The notes below the pieces were generated by a model. It saw only the letters and a program-made list of their open reading frames with translations, was not told the DNA's origin and did no database searches. Below, piece by piece: positions 27,504 through 36,167 of a stretch of DNA of 64,000 nucleotides. Source of the DNA: Acidobacteriota bacterium (GTDB taxonomy: Bacteria > Acidobacteriota > Vicinamibacteria > Vicinamibacterales > SCN-69-37); assembly GCA_013203475.1 (NCBI GenBank), contig JABMNV010000189.1, positions 19,217 to 83,216 on the forward strand, given 5' to 3'. Within the stretch, counting starts at the first letter, position 1. The number at the start of each line of letters is the position of its first letter. Position numbers and translations under genes: made by a program.

Positions 27504-29351
27504 TCACCGACCGTGCGAGATCCGCTTGGACTGCACGTTGCCCCCGTCCAGGTCGCCGCTCACCTGAGCGACGACCTGACCGGCTGCATCACGAATCACA
27601 ATAGACACCGACTCGCGATGGCGACCCGGTTCACCTTCGTCGGATGCAAACACCTCAAACGTGTAGCCCGACTGGCCGTTCCACTGACCATTCCCCGAGA
27701 ACAGCACGGTGTCAATCTGCGGCGTCTGTCGCGACCGGTCACGGCCCGGCTGAATCGTCGCGTCGTCGCTGAAAGCCACAAACGTCACCGCCGTTGACCG
27801 GAACTTGTCGTCCTTCGGCTTCTGCTTCGACGACTTGCCCTTATCTGAATCCTTCGAGCTCTTCGAGTTCTTCGCGCTCTTGGAACTCTTATTGGACGAC
27901 GACCCGCCCTTGGAGGACACGTCGCCGTAGTCCACCGTCAGCGACAGGCTGCCGCGTTCGTCGCCCGACGCGCGTTCCCGCACATCGAACTTGAAGTCGT
28001 ACTTGTCGGCGCTATTCTTGATAAAGCCGTCGCCATGCATCTCACCTGGCGTCGTCACATCGGTGACCGTCACCGAAAACATCGACGTCGCCGTGTTGCC
28101 GGCGGCATCCGTCGCCGAGCACGTCACGGTCGATACACCAATCGGGAACGTCTCCCCCGACACCGGGCTGCACGTCGCCACACCCGCGCCATCGATCACA
28201 TCGTCAGTGACCGGTGCGTCGTAGCTCACCGCGACCCCGGCCGCACTGACCGCTTCCCCACCCGCAACATCAGCGTGAGCCGCAATGGTCGGTGCGGTTG
28301 TGTCGGCCACCGTGACCGTAAACATCGTTGACGACGAGTTGCCGGCGTTGTCGGTCGCCACGCAGGTCACCACATGCGCGCCCATGGCAAGTGCTGTCCC
28401 GGACACCGGGCTGCAGGCGATCGACAAGACACCAGAGTCGTCATCCACGGCCGTCGGCATCTGGCAACTGACCAGCGTCAGTGCACCGGTCGCCTCGACC
28501 GAGGACGACGCCGGCATGCCGCTGATGACTGGGCCGACAGAGTCAAACCCCTTGGTGTCGTCAGTCGGAAAGCGATCGTCGCCATCGAGCACGCCGTCGC
28601 CATCGGCGTTGAAGGGGTCCAGGCCCGCCGCCACTTCTTCCTCATTAGCGAGGCCATCGCCATCGGCGTCAGCATCAATACAGTCCGGCGTGCCGTCGTG
28701 GTCGAGGTCGGCGGCCAACCCCGTGACCGGATCCACCGAGCACAGCGCCTGCAGGTGGTCGAGCTGGCCGTCGTTGCCGATGTCGCCGTCGCACGCGTCG
28801 CCGATTCCATCCGCGTCCACATCCACCTGATCCGGGTTCTTGATGAAGTGACAGTTGTCCGTCACATCAAGGACCCCATCGTGGTCATCGTCATCGGACA
28901 GCGAGTCGTCGATGCCGTCACCATTGTCATCCGCATCACAGACATCGCCCAGGCCGTCGCGGTCGAAGTCGCCCTGGTCGGGGTTGGCGATCGCCGGGCA
29001 GTTATCGAACAGGTCACGCACGTCGTCCTGATCCTGATCCGGCGGCGACACGACCGTCACCTCGATGGGCTGGCCAACCGTCACCGTCTGTGTCCCCGAC
29101 GCACCCGTCACGGTGACGCTGCCCGTGTCGGACTCATTGACGATGCTGTAGGTGGTCATCCCGTTGGCGGTCGACACTTCGTCAAGGACGACCTGGCCGC
29201 CGTTCGAGATGGTCAAGAACGACGTACCGTCTTCGGTCAGACGCACCCGCACCTCGCCTTCTTTCGCACGAAGATGCAGCGACCCGCAGAAGAACGAGTA
29301 CGAGCCCGCCTCCGAGTCGACCACGTAGCGGCCACACGCCATGATGGTCAA
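27504..29351 (-). CDS. Adhesin segment E: TSP3 repeat array, two HYR domains, Lys/Ser-rich tract, C-terminal beta domain
   Basis: More than 10 DxDxDGxxDxxD units. Two HYR units (...VVTCVATDNAGNSSSTMFTVTV and ...TVTCSATDAAGNTATSMFSVTV). SSKGGSSSNKSSKSAKNSKSSKDSDKGKSSKQKPKDDK at ~27800-27925. Terminates in TGA. Confidence 0.7.
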   Translation of the reverse strand: MTIMACGRYVVDSEAGSYSFFCGSLHLRAKEGEVRVRLTEDGTSFLTISNGGQVVLDEVSTANGMTTYSIVNESDTGSVTVTGASGTQTVTVGQPIEVTVVSPPDQDQDDVRDLFDNCPAIANPDQGDFDRDGLGDVCDADDNGDGIDDSLSDDDDHDGVLDVTDNCHFIKNPDQVDVDADGIGDACDGDIGNDGQLDHLQALCSVDPVTGLAADLDHDGTPDCIDADADGDGLANEEEVAAGLDPFNADGDGVLDGDDRFPTDDTKGFDSVGPVISGMPASSSVEATGALTLVSCQMPTAVDDDSGVLSIACSPVSGTALAMGAHVVTCVATDNAGNSSSTMFTVTVADTTAPTIAAHADVAGGEAVSAAGVAVSYDAPVTDDVIDGAGVATCSPVSGETFPIGVSTVTCSATDAAGNTATSMFSVTVTDVTTPGEMHGDGFIKNSADKYDFKFDVRERASGDERGSLSLTVDYGDVSSKGGSSSNKSSKSAKNSKSSKDSDKGKSSKQKPKDDKFRSTAVTFVAFSDDATIQPGRDRSRQTPQIDTVLFSGNGQWNGQSGYTFEVFASDEGEPGRHRESVSIVIRDAAGQVVAQVSGDLDGGNVQSKRISHGR

Positions 29352-29366
29352 CGGGTCACTTGAGCC

Positions 29367-30302
29367 CTAGGCCACCGACACGTTGGTGTATCCGGGCTCG
29401 TCGACGTAGGTGTACCCGTTGCAACCACCCCAGACGCTCTTGTTGGAACAGTAGCGGTACGAGTAGGGCTCGGTGTTGTAGAGCCGGTAGAGCGACGTCC
29501 TGGCGCCGAACATGACTTCTCCGTTGACACTGATGCCTCTGGTGCCCCACTTGGCGCAGTAGGTCACGGTGTAGTACACGCGGCTCCATCCCCTGGTGTA
29601 GTACGTCTGGTAGCTGCGCCACGAGGTGCACGCGGTCTCGGTGCCGTAGCCGCTGAAGCGCGTATCCAGATTGGATCGCGGATTCCAGTCGATCGCGTTG
29701 TCGATGTGGTCACCGTCAATATCCGGATCGTTTACGTCCAGGAACCAGTCATTATCGTCGTTTGTGTCGTCGCAGTCAGCCCACCCGTCGCCGTCGTCAT
29801 CGTCGTCGCAGAGGTTGCCGAGGCCGTCACTGTCGGTGTCGAGCTGATCAGCGTTGGCGATCGCCGGACAATTGTCGACCGGGTCGATCGTGCAGTCGCC
29901 GTCCGTATCGGGCGGCGTGACCGTCACGGTGAAGGTCGCTGATGCGCTGTTGAGCGCCTCGTCCTGCGCCGTGCACGTGACGAGCGTGACCCCCACCGGG
30001 AAGAGGCTTCCTGATGCGGGCGCGCAAGTCACCGGTGCCGGCCCACTGAGGTCATCAACAGCCGACGGCGTGGAGAATGCGACCTCCACGCCTGCGGACG
30101 TCGGGGCGACCACGACCACATCGGTCGTGGCCTCAAACACCGGCGGCGTCGAGTCGGCCACGCACACCGTGTCGGTGGTCGATGTGGCCGACGCGGCAGT
30201 GAAGTAGCCTGCGTCGCAGACCGAGGCGACCGTGCAGGACGTGGCGCCTTCGGTAGAGCTGAACGTGCCGGCTTCGCAGACTGTGGCGGCGGCCGCGCCC
30301 AC
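29367..30302 (-). CDS. Adhesin segment D: Cys-rich repeats, one HYR domain, TSP type-3 Ca-binding repeats, Tyr/Trp-rich beta domain
   Basis: VCEAGTFSSTEGATSC, the HYR-like stretch VAFSTPSAVDDLSGPAPVTCAPASGSLFPVGVTLVTCTAQDEALNSASATFTVTV, and DNCPAIANADQLDTDSDGLGNLCDDDDDGDG. Ends at TAG 29367-69. Confidence 0.7.
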   Translation of the reverse strand: MGAAAATVCEAGTFSSTEGATSCTVASVCDAGYFTAASATSTTDTVCVADSTPPVFEATTDVVVVAPTSAGVEVAFSTPSAVDDLSGPAPVTCAPASGSLFPVGVTLVTCTAQDEALNSASATFTVTVTPPDTDGDCTIDPVDNCPAIANADQLDTDSDGLGNLCDDDDDGDGWADCDDTNDDNDWFLDVNDPDIDGDHIDNAIDWNPRSNLDTRFSGYGTETACTSWRSYQTYYTRGWSRVYYTVTYCAKWGTRGISVNGEVMFGARTSLYRLYNTEPYSYRYCSNKSVWGGCNGYTYVDEPGYTNVSVA

Positions 30303-31751
30303 CTAAGCCACGTAGGTGCCAGCCGGCGCCAGCAGACATGACGTCTGCCCCTGGTTCGGCTGATACGTCCCGAGAGCACAGGCACTGGCAGTTGCCGCGC
30401 CTTCGATATCCACGTAGGTACCGGCCGACGAGGGCTGACAGGCCGCCGCACCGTGGATATCCGAGAACGTGCCCACCGCGCAGGCGATGGCTTCGGTCGC
30501 GCCAGCCACAGGCACGTAGGTGCCCGGCGACGCGGGCGTGCACTCGGTGTCGGAGGGTGACGCGAGGAACGTCCCGGCGGGGCAGTGGACCGCAGGTGCG
30601 GTCGTGTCCACGAATCCGTCGATGTGAATGTCGTCGACCATCACGAAGGCCGAACCCGTATTGAACGGCGGCATGAGCACAAGGCGCACAGGCCCGGCCG
30701 CGACCAGATAGGGCGTGGCAGACAAGTCAAACGACCGGTCACAGTCGGGATAGGTCGTGCAATTGGACACAACGGTTCCAACACGTGTCGAAACACCGCC
30801 CTGGACGGCGATGACGTCCACTGGCAGATTCGCGTAGTCGTTATTGAGAATTCGAACCGAGAATCCGGTCATCGACCAGGCAGACGACGAGTTCAGATCG
30901 ACAAACAGCTGGGTCAGGCCGGGCGCGCCGATTGGACCGAGGCCACGAGAGATGAAGACGTTGGTCGACCACAGCTGCACGCCGTGGTCTCCGAAACCGC
31001 CAACAATGCCATCGGCGTCCGTCCATCCGAAGGTTCCGGACATGAAGGCCTCCTGCAGCGTGGAGGCGGGCGCCGAGAGCGGCCCTACCCACCCATTCGT
31101 CTGAGCCATGACGTTCTCAAAGTCGAACTCGGCCAGTCGCCGCACAAGCGGGACACACGCGGCCGCACCTTCGATGGACGTGAAGCCCTCCGGGCAGGAA
31201 ATCGGCTCCGTCGCTCCCCCTTCCGGAACGTATGTACCCGCTGGCGCTGGCGTGCACGCCAGGTCGCCCGGGTTAGCCAGGTAGGAACCCGGGTCACACA
31301 CTGGCGTCACGTTGATTGTGACCGTTGCGTCCTGGCTGCTCGCCGCGCCGTCGAAGGCCCGATAGATAAATGAATCGGTGCCCGAGAAGCCAGCGGTCGG
31401 TGTGTAGACGAACCCGCCATCGGACGACACCGAGACGGTGCCGTGCTGCGGGTCGGTCATCTTCACTGCCGTCAACGGCCCGCCGGAGGTCGAGACGTCG
31501 TTGAGCAGCACGCCGTGTGTCGCTGCGAGCGCCGCCACTTCATCAGCACTCAACGCGGCATCGTAGATGCGCACTTCGTCGAGGAGACCTTCAAAGTCGC
31601 CCGAGCCACCCGGGTGGCGACCGAGGGTGATATCTGCACTTCCCAGTTCCGGCTGGTAGGTCACGTCGGCCGAATTCACCAGCACGCCATCGGCGTAGGT
31701 GTTGGCTGTGGTGCCGTCGTACGTCATGGCCACGTGCATCCAGCGGCCCAC
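30303..31751 (-). CDS. Adhesin segment C: end of the LamG domain, cadherin/Ig-like module, beta-rich domain, Cys-rich ephrin-receptor-like (CxxGTY) repeats
   Basis: GRWMHVAMTYDGTTANTYADGVLV...LDEVRIYDAALSADEVAAL, GFSGTDSFIYRAFDG, and repeats such as CTPAPAGTYVPEGGATEPISCPEGF. Ends at TAG 30303-05 inside a repeat unit. Confidence 0.7.
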   Translation of the reverse strand: MGRWMHVAMTYDGTTANTYADGVLVNSADVTYQPELGSADITLGRHPGGSGDFEGLLDEVRIYDAALSADEVAALAATHGVLLNDVSTSGGPLTAVKMTDPQHGTVSVSSDGGFVYTPTAGFSGTDSFIYRAFDGAASSQDATVTINVTPVCDPGSYLANPGDLACTPAPAGTYVPEGGATEPISCPEGFTSIEGAAACVPLVRRLAEFDFENVMAQTNGWVGPLSAPASTLQEAFMSGTFGWTDADGIVGGFGDHGVQLWSTNVFISRGLGPIGAPGLTQLFVDLNSSSAWSMTGFSVRILNNDYANLPVDVIAVQGGVSTRVGTVVSNCTTYPDCDRSFDLSATPYLVAAGPVRLVLMPPFNTGSAFVMVDDIHIDGFVDTTAPAVHCPAGTFLASPSDTECTPASPGTYVPVAGATEAIACAVGTFSDIHGAAACQPSSAGTYVDIEGAATASACALGTYQPNQGQTSCLLAPAGTYVA

Positions 31752-31895
31752 CGGATCCGGTGTCAGGGCCGGCGAGTACCAGCAGTCACCCTGTGCCTGA
31801 CCACTCAGTAAGCAGAGCTGGGTGTTCTGCCCCTGGCCACTGCCAAAGCTCGTGACGCTCGACTGCCACGCGTCACCCGCGCCGCTCGCACTGTG

Positions 31896-33020
31896 CTAGG
31901 TGACGATGACCGGATTCTGGGGCACGGTGAGCTTGGTCCAGTACGCCACCGTGAACTGGTGCGTCTGCAGACTGGCGCTGTTGGAAATGGTGATGAAGTT
32001 GCCGCCACCGCGCAGGTCCAGACCGCGTCCCAGCACGCCGTCCACGATCGCGCCGCCGGTCGGCACACCATGGTTGTCGTAGCCCGAGCTATCTCGCGCC
32101 GTGCCATCGTCGAAGTTCCAGTGGCCCACCAGGTTATTGGTGGCCGTGGGCGTTACTACCGACAGCGCCGCGAGGTCCGAGGCCGTCAGCACGCGGTTGT
32201 AGATACGCGCTTCGTCGATGTGCGCGTCGAGGCTGCCGAACGCCGCGTGACGCGGCCCGAATTTGGCGATCACGCCGTGGTTCCACGTGTGCATATTGCC
32301 GCTGGTGGAGTCGCCGATCTGGATGCCGTCGCGATACCCACGAATGCGCACGAGGCCGCCACCGAGGTCTTCATAGGTGATGGCCACCTGCACCAACTCG
32401 CCGGTCGTCGACTCCTGGAAGCCCGGGTTGAAGTCTTGCGTTCGGTTGAAGAAGTCGCTGCTGGCCATCCACCGATGCGACTGGCGCTCACCGTAGACGA
32501 TGGCATCGAAGCCGTGGACATCGACCTGCTCGATGGAGAGCGGGCTGCCGGTCTGCACATCGAGGTTGTCGAGGCGCAGCCACGCGACCATTGTCTTGCT
32601 GCCAAGCGCCGGACCCGCGTACGCGCCGCTCAGGGCCGCCTGCCCGGCGTCGAGGTTCAACGAACCGTTGACCACGCTGGCGCCGTTCTGCAGGGTGAGG
32701 TCACCGAAATGGCCGGTCAGGTCGCGCACTTCCGCGCCCGACTCGAACGTCCACTGGCCAACCAGGCCACCCAACTCGGGCTGGATGTGGTGGTGATGCG
32801 CACGCGGCGGGCCGTCTGCGGTGCGGCAAATGCGTGGTCCAGCCATTGATAGTCCGAGGTGTTGCCTGACCACGTAAAGGCCAGGATACCGTCGAGCGAG
32901 ACCTGATGAACGGTGTTCCCAGCCGGCGACTGCGACACCAGCGCGTGGATGCCCGACAGCTCCTGCGGGCTGCCGAAATCCACCTCGATCCAGTGAATCG
33001 GGTGTGCTCCGGCGTTCCAC
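31896..33020 (-). CDS. Adhesin segment B: two LamG/ConA-like lectin domains (real part starts ~32765)
   Basis: LVGQWTFESGAEVRDLTGHFGDLTLQNGA...AHIDEARIYNRVLTASDLAALS, then LVGHWNFDDGTARDSSGYDNHG...FTVAYWTKL. Ends at TAG 31896-98 in mid-domain. Confidence 0.7.
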   Translation of the reverse strand: MERRSTPDSLDRGGFRQPAGAVGHPRAGVAVAGWEHRSSGLARRYPGLYVVRQHLGLSMAGPRICRTADGPPRAHHHHIQPELGGLVGQWTFESGAEVRDLTGHFGDLTLQNGASVVNGSLNLDAGQAALSGAYAGPALGSKTMVAWLRLDNLDVQTGSPLSIEQVDVHGFDAIVYGERQSHRWMASSDFFNRTQDFNPGFQESTTGELVQVAITYEDLGGGLVRIRGYRDGIQIGDSTSGNMHTWNHGVIAKFGPRHAAFGSLDAHIDEARIYNRVLTASDLAALSVVTPTATNNLVGHWNFDDGTARDSSGYDNHGVPTGGAIVDGVLGRGLDLRGGGNFITISNSASLQTHQFTVAYWTKLTVPQNPVIVT

Positions 33021-33238
33021 AACGTGGCCGGATTACCGTCAAAGGCCATCGCCGGACCTGCACCCGCATAGCTGGAACTGGCACTAAAGGTGGTCCCAGC
33101 CGGCAATGTGAGGGTCGTCGACTTGGTCGCGACAGTCGGCGTGGTGGCCAGTAGAAACCCTGTCACCAGGATTAGAACGGGCAGATTCGCAATTGGCTTC
33201 AGGTCTTTCCGCAGGTTTTTCAGTAGCTGAGTGTTCAT
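32717..33238 (-). CDS. Adhesin segment A: signal peptide plus F5/8 type C (discoidin) domain
   Basis: MNTQLLKNLRKDLKPIANLPVLILVTGFLLA, then AFDGNPATLWNAG..HWIEVDFG...ARRVRITTTSSPSWVAW. After W the true frame switches (-1) into segment B. Confidence 0.7.
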   Translation of the reverse strand: MNTQLLKNLRKDLKPIANLPVLILVTGFLLATTPTVATKSTTLTLPAGTTFSASSSYAGAGPAMAFDGNPATLWNAGAHPIHWIEVDFGSPQELSGIHALVSQSPAGNTVHQVSLDGILAFTWSGNTSDYQWLDHAFAAPQTARRVRITTTSSPSWVAWLASGRSSRARKCAT

Positions 33239-33367
33239 AAAGTCGCTCCCATTACAGGAAGCGACATTGGCCGACGAAAAGGTTCAGCCCTGAGAAGAGG
33301 ACGCCCGCACACGGCGAGTTGGTATCGATGATCAGCGGCGCCTTCAGTCGTCCATGGCGGGCGCCGA

Positions 33368-33496
33368 TTGAGTCAACAGGACGGCGAACGCGAGAAGATG
33401 GCGCCGGTGTGCGAGGAGTTCGGGATTTCGCGCAAGACCGGGTACAAGATCTTCGAACGATACAAGGACACCGGCGTCCGGGGGCCTGCATCGTGA
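33368..33496 (+). mobile_element. IS481/IS3-like transposase N-terminal HTH fragment
   Basis: LSQQDGEREKMAPVCEEFGISRKTGYKIFERYKDTGVRG matches the CxEFGISRKTGYKW(L)xRY HTH block. It stops after 42 codons with no catalytic domain. Confidence 0.5.
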
Positions 33497-33503
33497 TCGG
33501 AAC

Positions 33504-34100
33504 CTACTGCCCGACGCCAGTCGTCACGACTATGGCGGCGCAGGGAAGGTCGCCCAGGCGGCGATAACCGTGTGGCCGGGTGGCGTCGAAATACATCGAG
33601 TCGCCCTCGGCTAACTCGTGATCCTCTCCTTCGTGGTTGATCGCCACGCGACCACGCAGGACATAAATGACTTCAGCACCAGGGTGGGCGTGTTGTGGTA
33701 TCTGTCCCTCCTGCACAGGTTCAAACTCCACGTAGTACGCGCTCATCTTCCGCTCAGGTGCTGGATAGTCGAGGCACTCGAACGAGAATGACGACGGTGC
33801 GCCATCCGGATGTTCGGGGAAGCGGACGCGATCGGCTTTGCGCACCACCGCCACGACTGGTTTTTCTCGAGCGTCGGTGAAGAAGTACTCCAGGCCAACA
33901 CCGAATACGAGCGAAATTCGGAGCAGCGTTGGCAGGGTGGGAAACAACTTGCCGCGTTCCACCTTCGACAACAGCGCGGCAGACAGTCCCGTGTGTTTGC
34001 CGAGCTGGACCAGCCCCATCTTCTTCTTGATTCGAAGTCCGCGAAGTTTTGGCCCGATTTCATAGCGTTCCAAGCCTTCCGTCAGTGTGGGAGACAACAC
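33504..34100 (-). CDS. XRE-family HTH transcriptional regulator with a C-terminal cupin domain
   Basis: IGPKLRGLRIKKKMGLVQLGKHTGLSAALLSKVERGKLFPTLPTLLRISLVFGVGLEYFF, plus cupin motifs HAHPGAEVIYVLRG...GDSMYFDATRPHGY. Confidence 0.85.
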   Translation of the reverse strand: MLSPTLTEGLERYEIGPKLRGLRIKKKMGLVQLGKHTGLSAALLSKVERGKLFPTLPTLLRISLVFGVGLEYFFTDAREKPVVAVVRKADRVRFPEHPDGAPSSFSFECLDYPAPERKMSAYYVEFEPVQEGQIPQHAHPGAEVIYVLRGRVAINHEGEDHELAEGDSMYFDATRPHGYRRLGDLPCAAIVVTTGVGQ

Positions 34101-34286
34101 AACAACACCTCGTTTTCGTTCCGTTCACGAATAACCATAATATTTTCTTGTGACTCAATTAACTTGCTTGCGAAGCGCATCGTTTATCTAGATGCAAACG
34201 TATTCAACTAATAGTAAAACAGTCGAGACGGCAGGTCGAGACCACAACACAACAGAGAGTCCGAGTTACTGGAGAAGAGACACATT

Positions 34287-34790
34287 ATGAAAAAGCAGAT
34301 TATTCGTGCAACGTTGACCGCAGTTGCGGTCCTGGCATTGGTGGCGGGTTCGACGGCTCTGCGTGCGCAGCAGCCCAAGGACATCGTCGATACCGCCGTG
34401 GCGGCGGGTTCGTTCAAGACTCTGGCGGCGGCCCTGACGGCAGCCGGTCTGATTGACACGCTCAAGGGCGACGGCCCGTTCACGGTCTTCGCGCCGACCG
34501 ACGCGGCGTTCGCGAAGTTGCCCGCCGGCACCGTTGAAATGTTGCTCAAGCCCGAGAACAAGGCCAAGTTGACGGCCATCCTGACCTACCACGTGGTAGC
34601 CGGCAACGTGATGGCGGCAAAGGTCGTGACGATGAATGGCCAGGAAGTGAAGACCGTGAATGGCCAGTCGATCAAGATCATGGTGAGCGGTGGCAAAGTG
34701 ATGGTGGATGGCGCGAACGTGGTGACCACAGACATCAAGGCGTCCAACGGCGTGATTCACGTGATCGACTCAGTGATTCTTCCCAAGTAA
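34287..34790 (+). CDS. Secreted fasciclin (FAS1) domain protein
   Basis: Signal peptide [68 protein letters not shown]...[13 protein letters not shown]. An SD-like GGAGAAG lies upstream. Confidence 0.9.
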   Translation: MKKQIIRATLTAVAVLALVAGSTALRAQQPKDIVDTAVAAGSFKTLAAALTAAGLIDTLKGDGPFTVFAPTDAAFAKLPAGTVEMLLKPENKAKLTAILTYHVVAGNVMAAKVVTMNGQEVKTVNGQSIKIMVSGGKVMVDGANVVTTDIKASNGVIHVIDSVILPK

Positions 34791-34835
34791 CTCGGGATGA
34801 ACGAAGGCGGACCCTCGGGTTCGTCTGCAAGGCGG

Positions 34836-34872
34836 GGCGGACGGAGGAACAACTCCGTCCGCCTCTTTTTTT
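34836..34872 (+). terminator. Rho-independent terminator downstream of the fasciclin gene
   Basis: Perfect 11-bp stem ggcggacggag (34836-46) / ctccgtccgcc (34853-63), 6-nt loop, then tcttttttt (34864-72). Confidence 0.8.
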
Positions 34873-35100
34873 ACCCGATCAGGGATCTACCCTGACGGAC
34901 GAGTGCGGTCACGTTCTGGACTCCGGCAAAAAGGACGAACGGTCGTTGGGAGCCAAACGTTCGTTGCATTCGCACGGTAGACACCGGGTAGTCGCGATAT
35001 CTCTTGTAGTAGCCCGCCAGCGTCATACGCACCGAATCGGCGGGCAGGTACGTGACGCCAGACACGACGTGGTAGAAAGTCGTTGGTGCCGATGACCACG
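34871..35100 (-). pseudogene. Possible outer-membrane beta-barrel (TonB-dependent-receptor-like) C-terminal remnant
   Basis: LAGYYKRYRDYPVSTVRMQRTFGSQRPFVLFAGVQNVTALV resembles terminal strands of OM barrels. There is no upstream gene body. Weak call. Confidence 0.25.
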
Positions 35101-35240
35101 CCCGGCAGGGTTTGGAGGTATCGCGACACATCCTGGAGTGCGGCCGCGCTTTCCTGAATCTGGACTGGGCGTACCAGGTAGCGCCCAGGCCGGAGTGGCC
35201 AGGACCATCAGGCCGATCAGCCACGTGATCCGCCAGCCAG

Positions 35241-36167
35241 TTACGGCCATCGCGGACCAATACCCGGACCGGTGTTCGGCGCCGATCCGGGTGCTTTCGA
35301 CAGCAAGCGGTTCTTCACTACGTGCCACAGCGCAGGCCCCGGCGGACCGTCGACAAACTCGCCGAGAAAAAACGTCACATCGTCGTGCGCCAGTTCGTTC
35401 GTGTCCGCGTGAGCGTGGAGAGCATCCAGGAGTCGATCGGCGATCTCCTCGCAGGTTCCCGAAGTGGCTTGGAGCACGCGCTCAATGCCATGCCGGTCAA
35501 ACTGCTGGTCGTCTAGTGACGACGTCTCGAGCACTCCATCGGTCACCAGCAGGAGTCGATCACCGGGGGTGACGGTGAAGCGGTGCCGATTGAACTGCGG
35601 AGCCAGGCCGGTGCCCAGCGGGATGTCCACGAACGCCGGCCGGTGCGTTGGCGCCGGCATCTCGACGGCGAGGGGCAGCCAACGGTTGGCGCTGGCACGA
35701 TAGATCCATCCGAACGGATGCCCGGCATAACAGACCGTCAGCCGCCTGCGCGGCGGGTAGTAGGTGGCGAGAACGGCCGTCGTCATGGCGCGGACGTGCC
35801 GTGCTTCGAGTCGGTCGTTGAACCGGGACAGCACCTTCCGTTCGTCGATGACATCGACACTGCGACGAAGGTGATCGTGAATCTCGGTTCCAACAGTCGC
35901 CACCACCTCCCCATGGCCTGCGACATCGGCCAGGCAGACGCGCGACATCAAGCCTGACCCGCACACCGACAGGTAGTGGATATCTCCGCCGTGTGGGCCC
36001 GTGCATGGGCGCGAATACAGGACTCCGCGCAGGCCTGGCAACTCAACGAGATGGTGGCTGACACCGTTGCCGCCGCGCACTTCTCCGCAGGCAAACGTCG
36101 CGCTCCACGAGAGTTCACGATCAGTCATCGGGGCGCTTTTCCGAACAGATAGTGAGAGACAAGCCAC
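35241..36167 (-). CDS. PP2C-type protein phosphatase (SpoIIE family)
   Basis: GGDIHYLSVCGSGLMSRVCLADVAGHGEVVA, TTAVLATYYPP...LTVCYAGHP and GDRLLLVTDGVLE...DDVTFFLGEF are SpoIIE/PP2C blocks. Possible internal start at 36128. Confidence 0.8.
   Translation of the reverse strand: MACLSLSVRKSAPMTDRELSWSATFACGEVRGGNGVSHHLVELPGLRGVLYSRPCTGPHGGDIHYLSVCGSGLMSRVCLADVAGHGEVVATVGTEIHDHLRRSVDVIDERKVLSRFNDRLEARHVRAMTTAVLATYYPPRRRLTVCYAGHPFGWIYRASANRWLPLAVEMPAPTHRPAFVDIPLGTGLAPQFNRHRFTVTPGDRLLLVTDGVLETSSLDDQQFDRHGIERVLQATSGTCEEIADRLLDALHAHADTNELAHDDVTFFLGEFVDGPPGPALWHVVKNRLLSKAPGSAPNTGPGIGPRWP

Larger units (their letters stand above)
27504..33238 (-). pseudogene. Giant secreted mosaic adhesin-like gene (~1,900 codons), interrupted by one -1 frameshift and three in-frame TAG codons
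   Basis: Five track ORFs join into one frame. The offsets between the TAGs at 31896-98, 30303-05 and 29367-69 and the final TGA (27504-06) are all multiples of 3. Domains continue across the stops. SD GGGAG lies 7 nt upstream of ATG 33238. Confidence 0.75.

Noticed and set aside
28540-29060. Short periodic DNA repeats (gac..gac ggc..) that superficially resemble an array
   Set aside because: They are coding repeats for thrombospondin type-3 Ca-binding units (DxDxDGxxDxxD). There are no spacer-repeat regularity and no cas genes, so this is not a CRISPR.
28374-32849. Plus-strand ORFs 28374..29363 and 31893..32849, opposite the adhesin
   Set aside because: Antisense shadows. The minus strand encodes recognisable HYR, TSP3 and LamG modules.
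27504-33238. A diversity-generating retroelement or other hypervariation system acting on the adhesin
   Set aside because: There is no reverse transcriptase and no template/variable repeat pair. The repeats are ordinary divergent domain copies.
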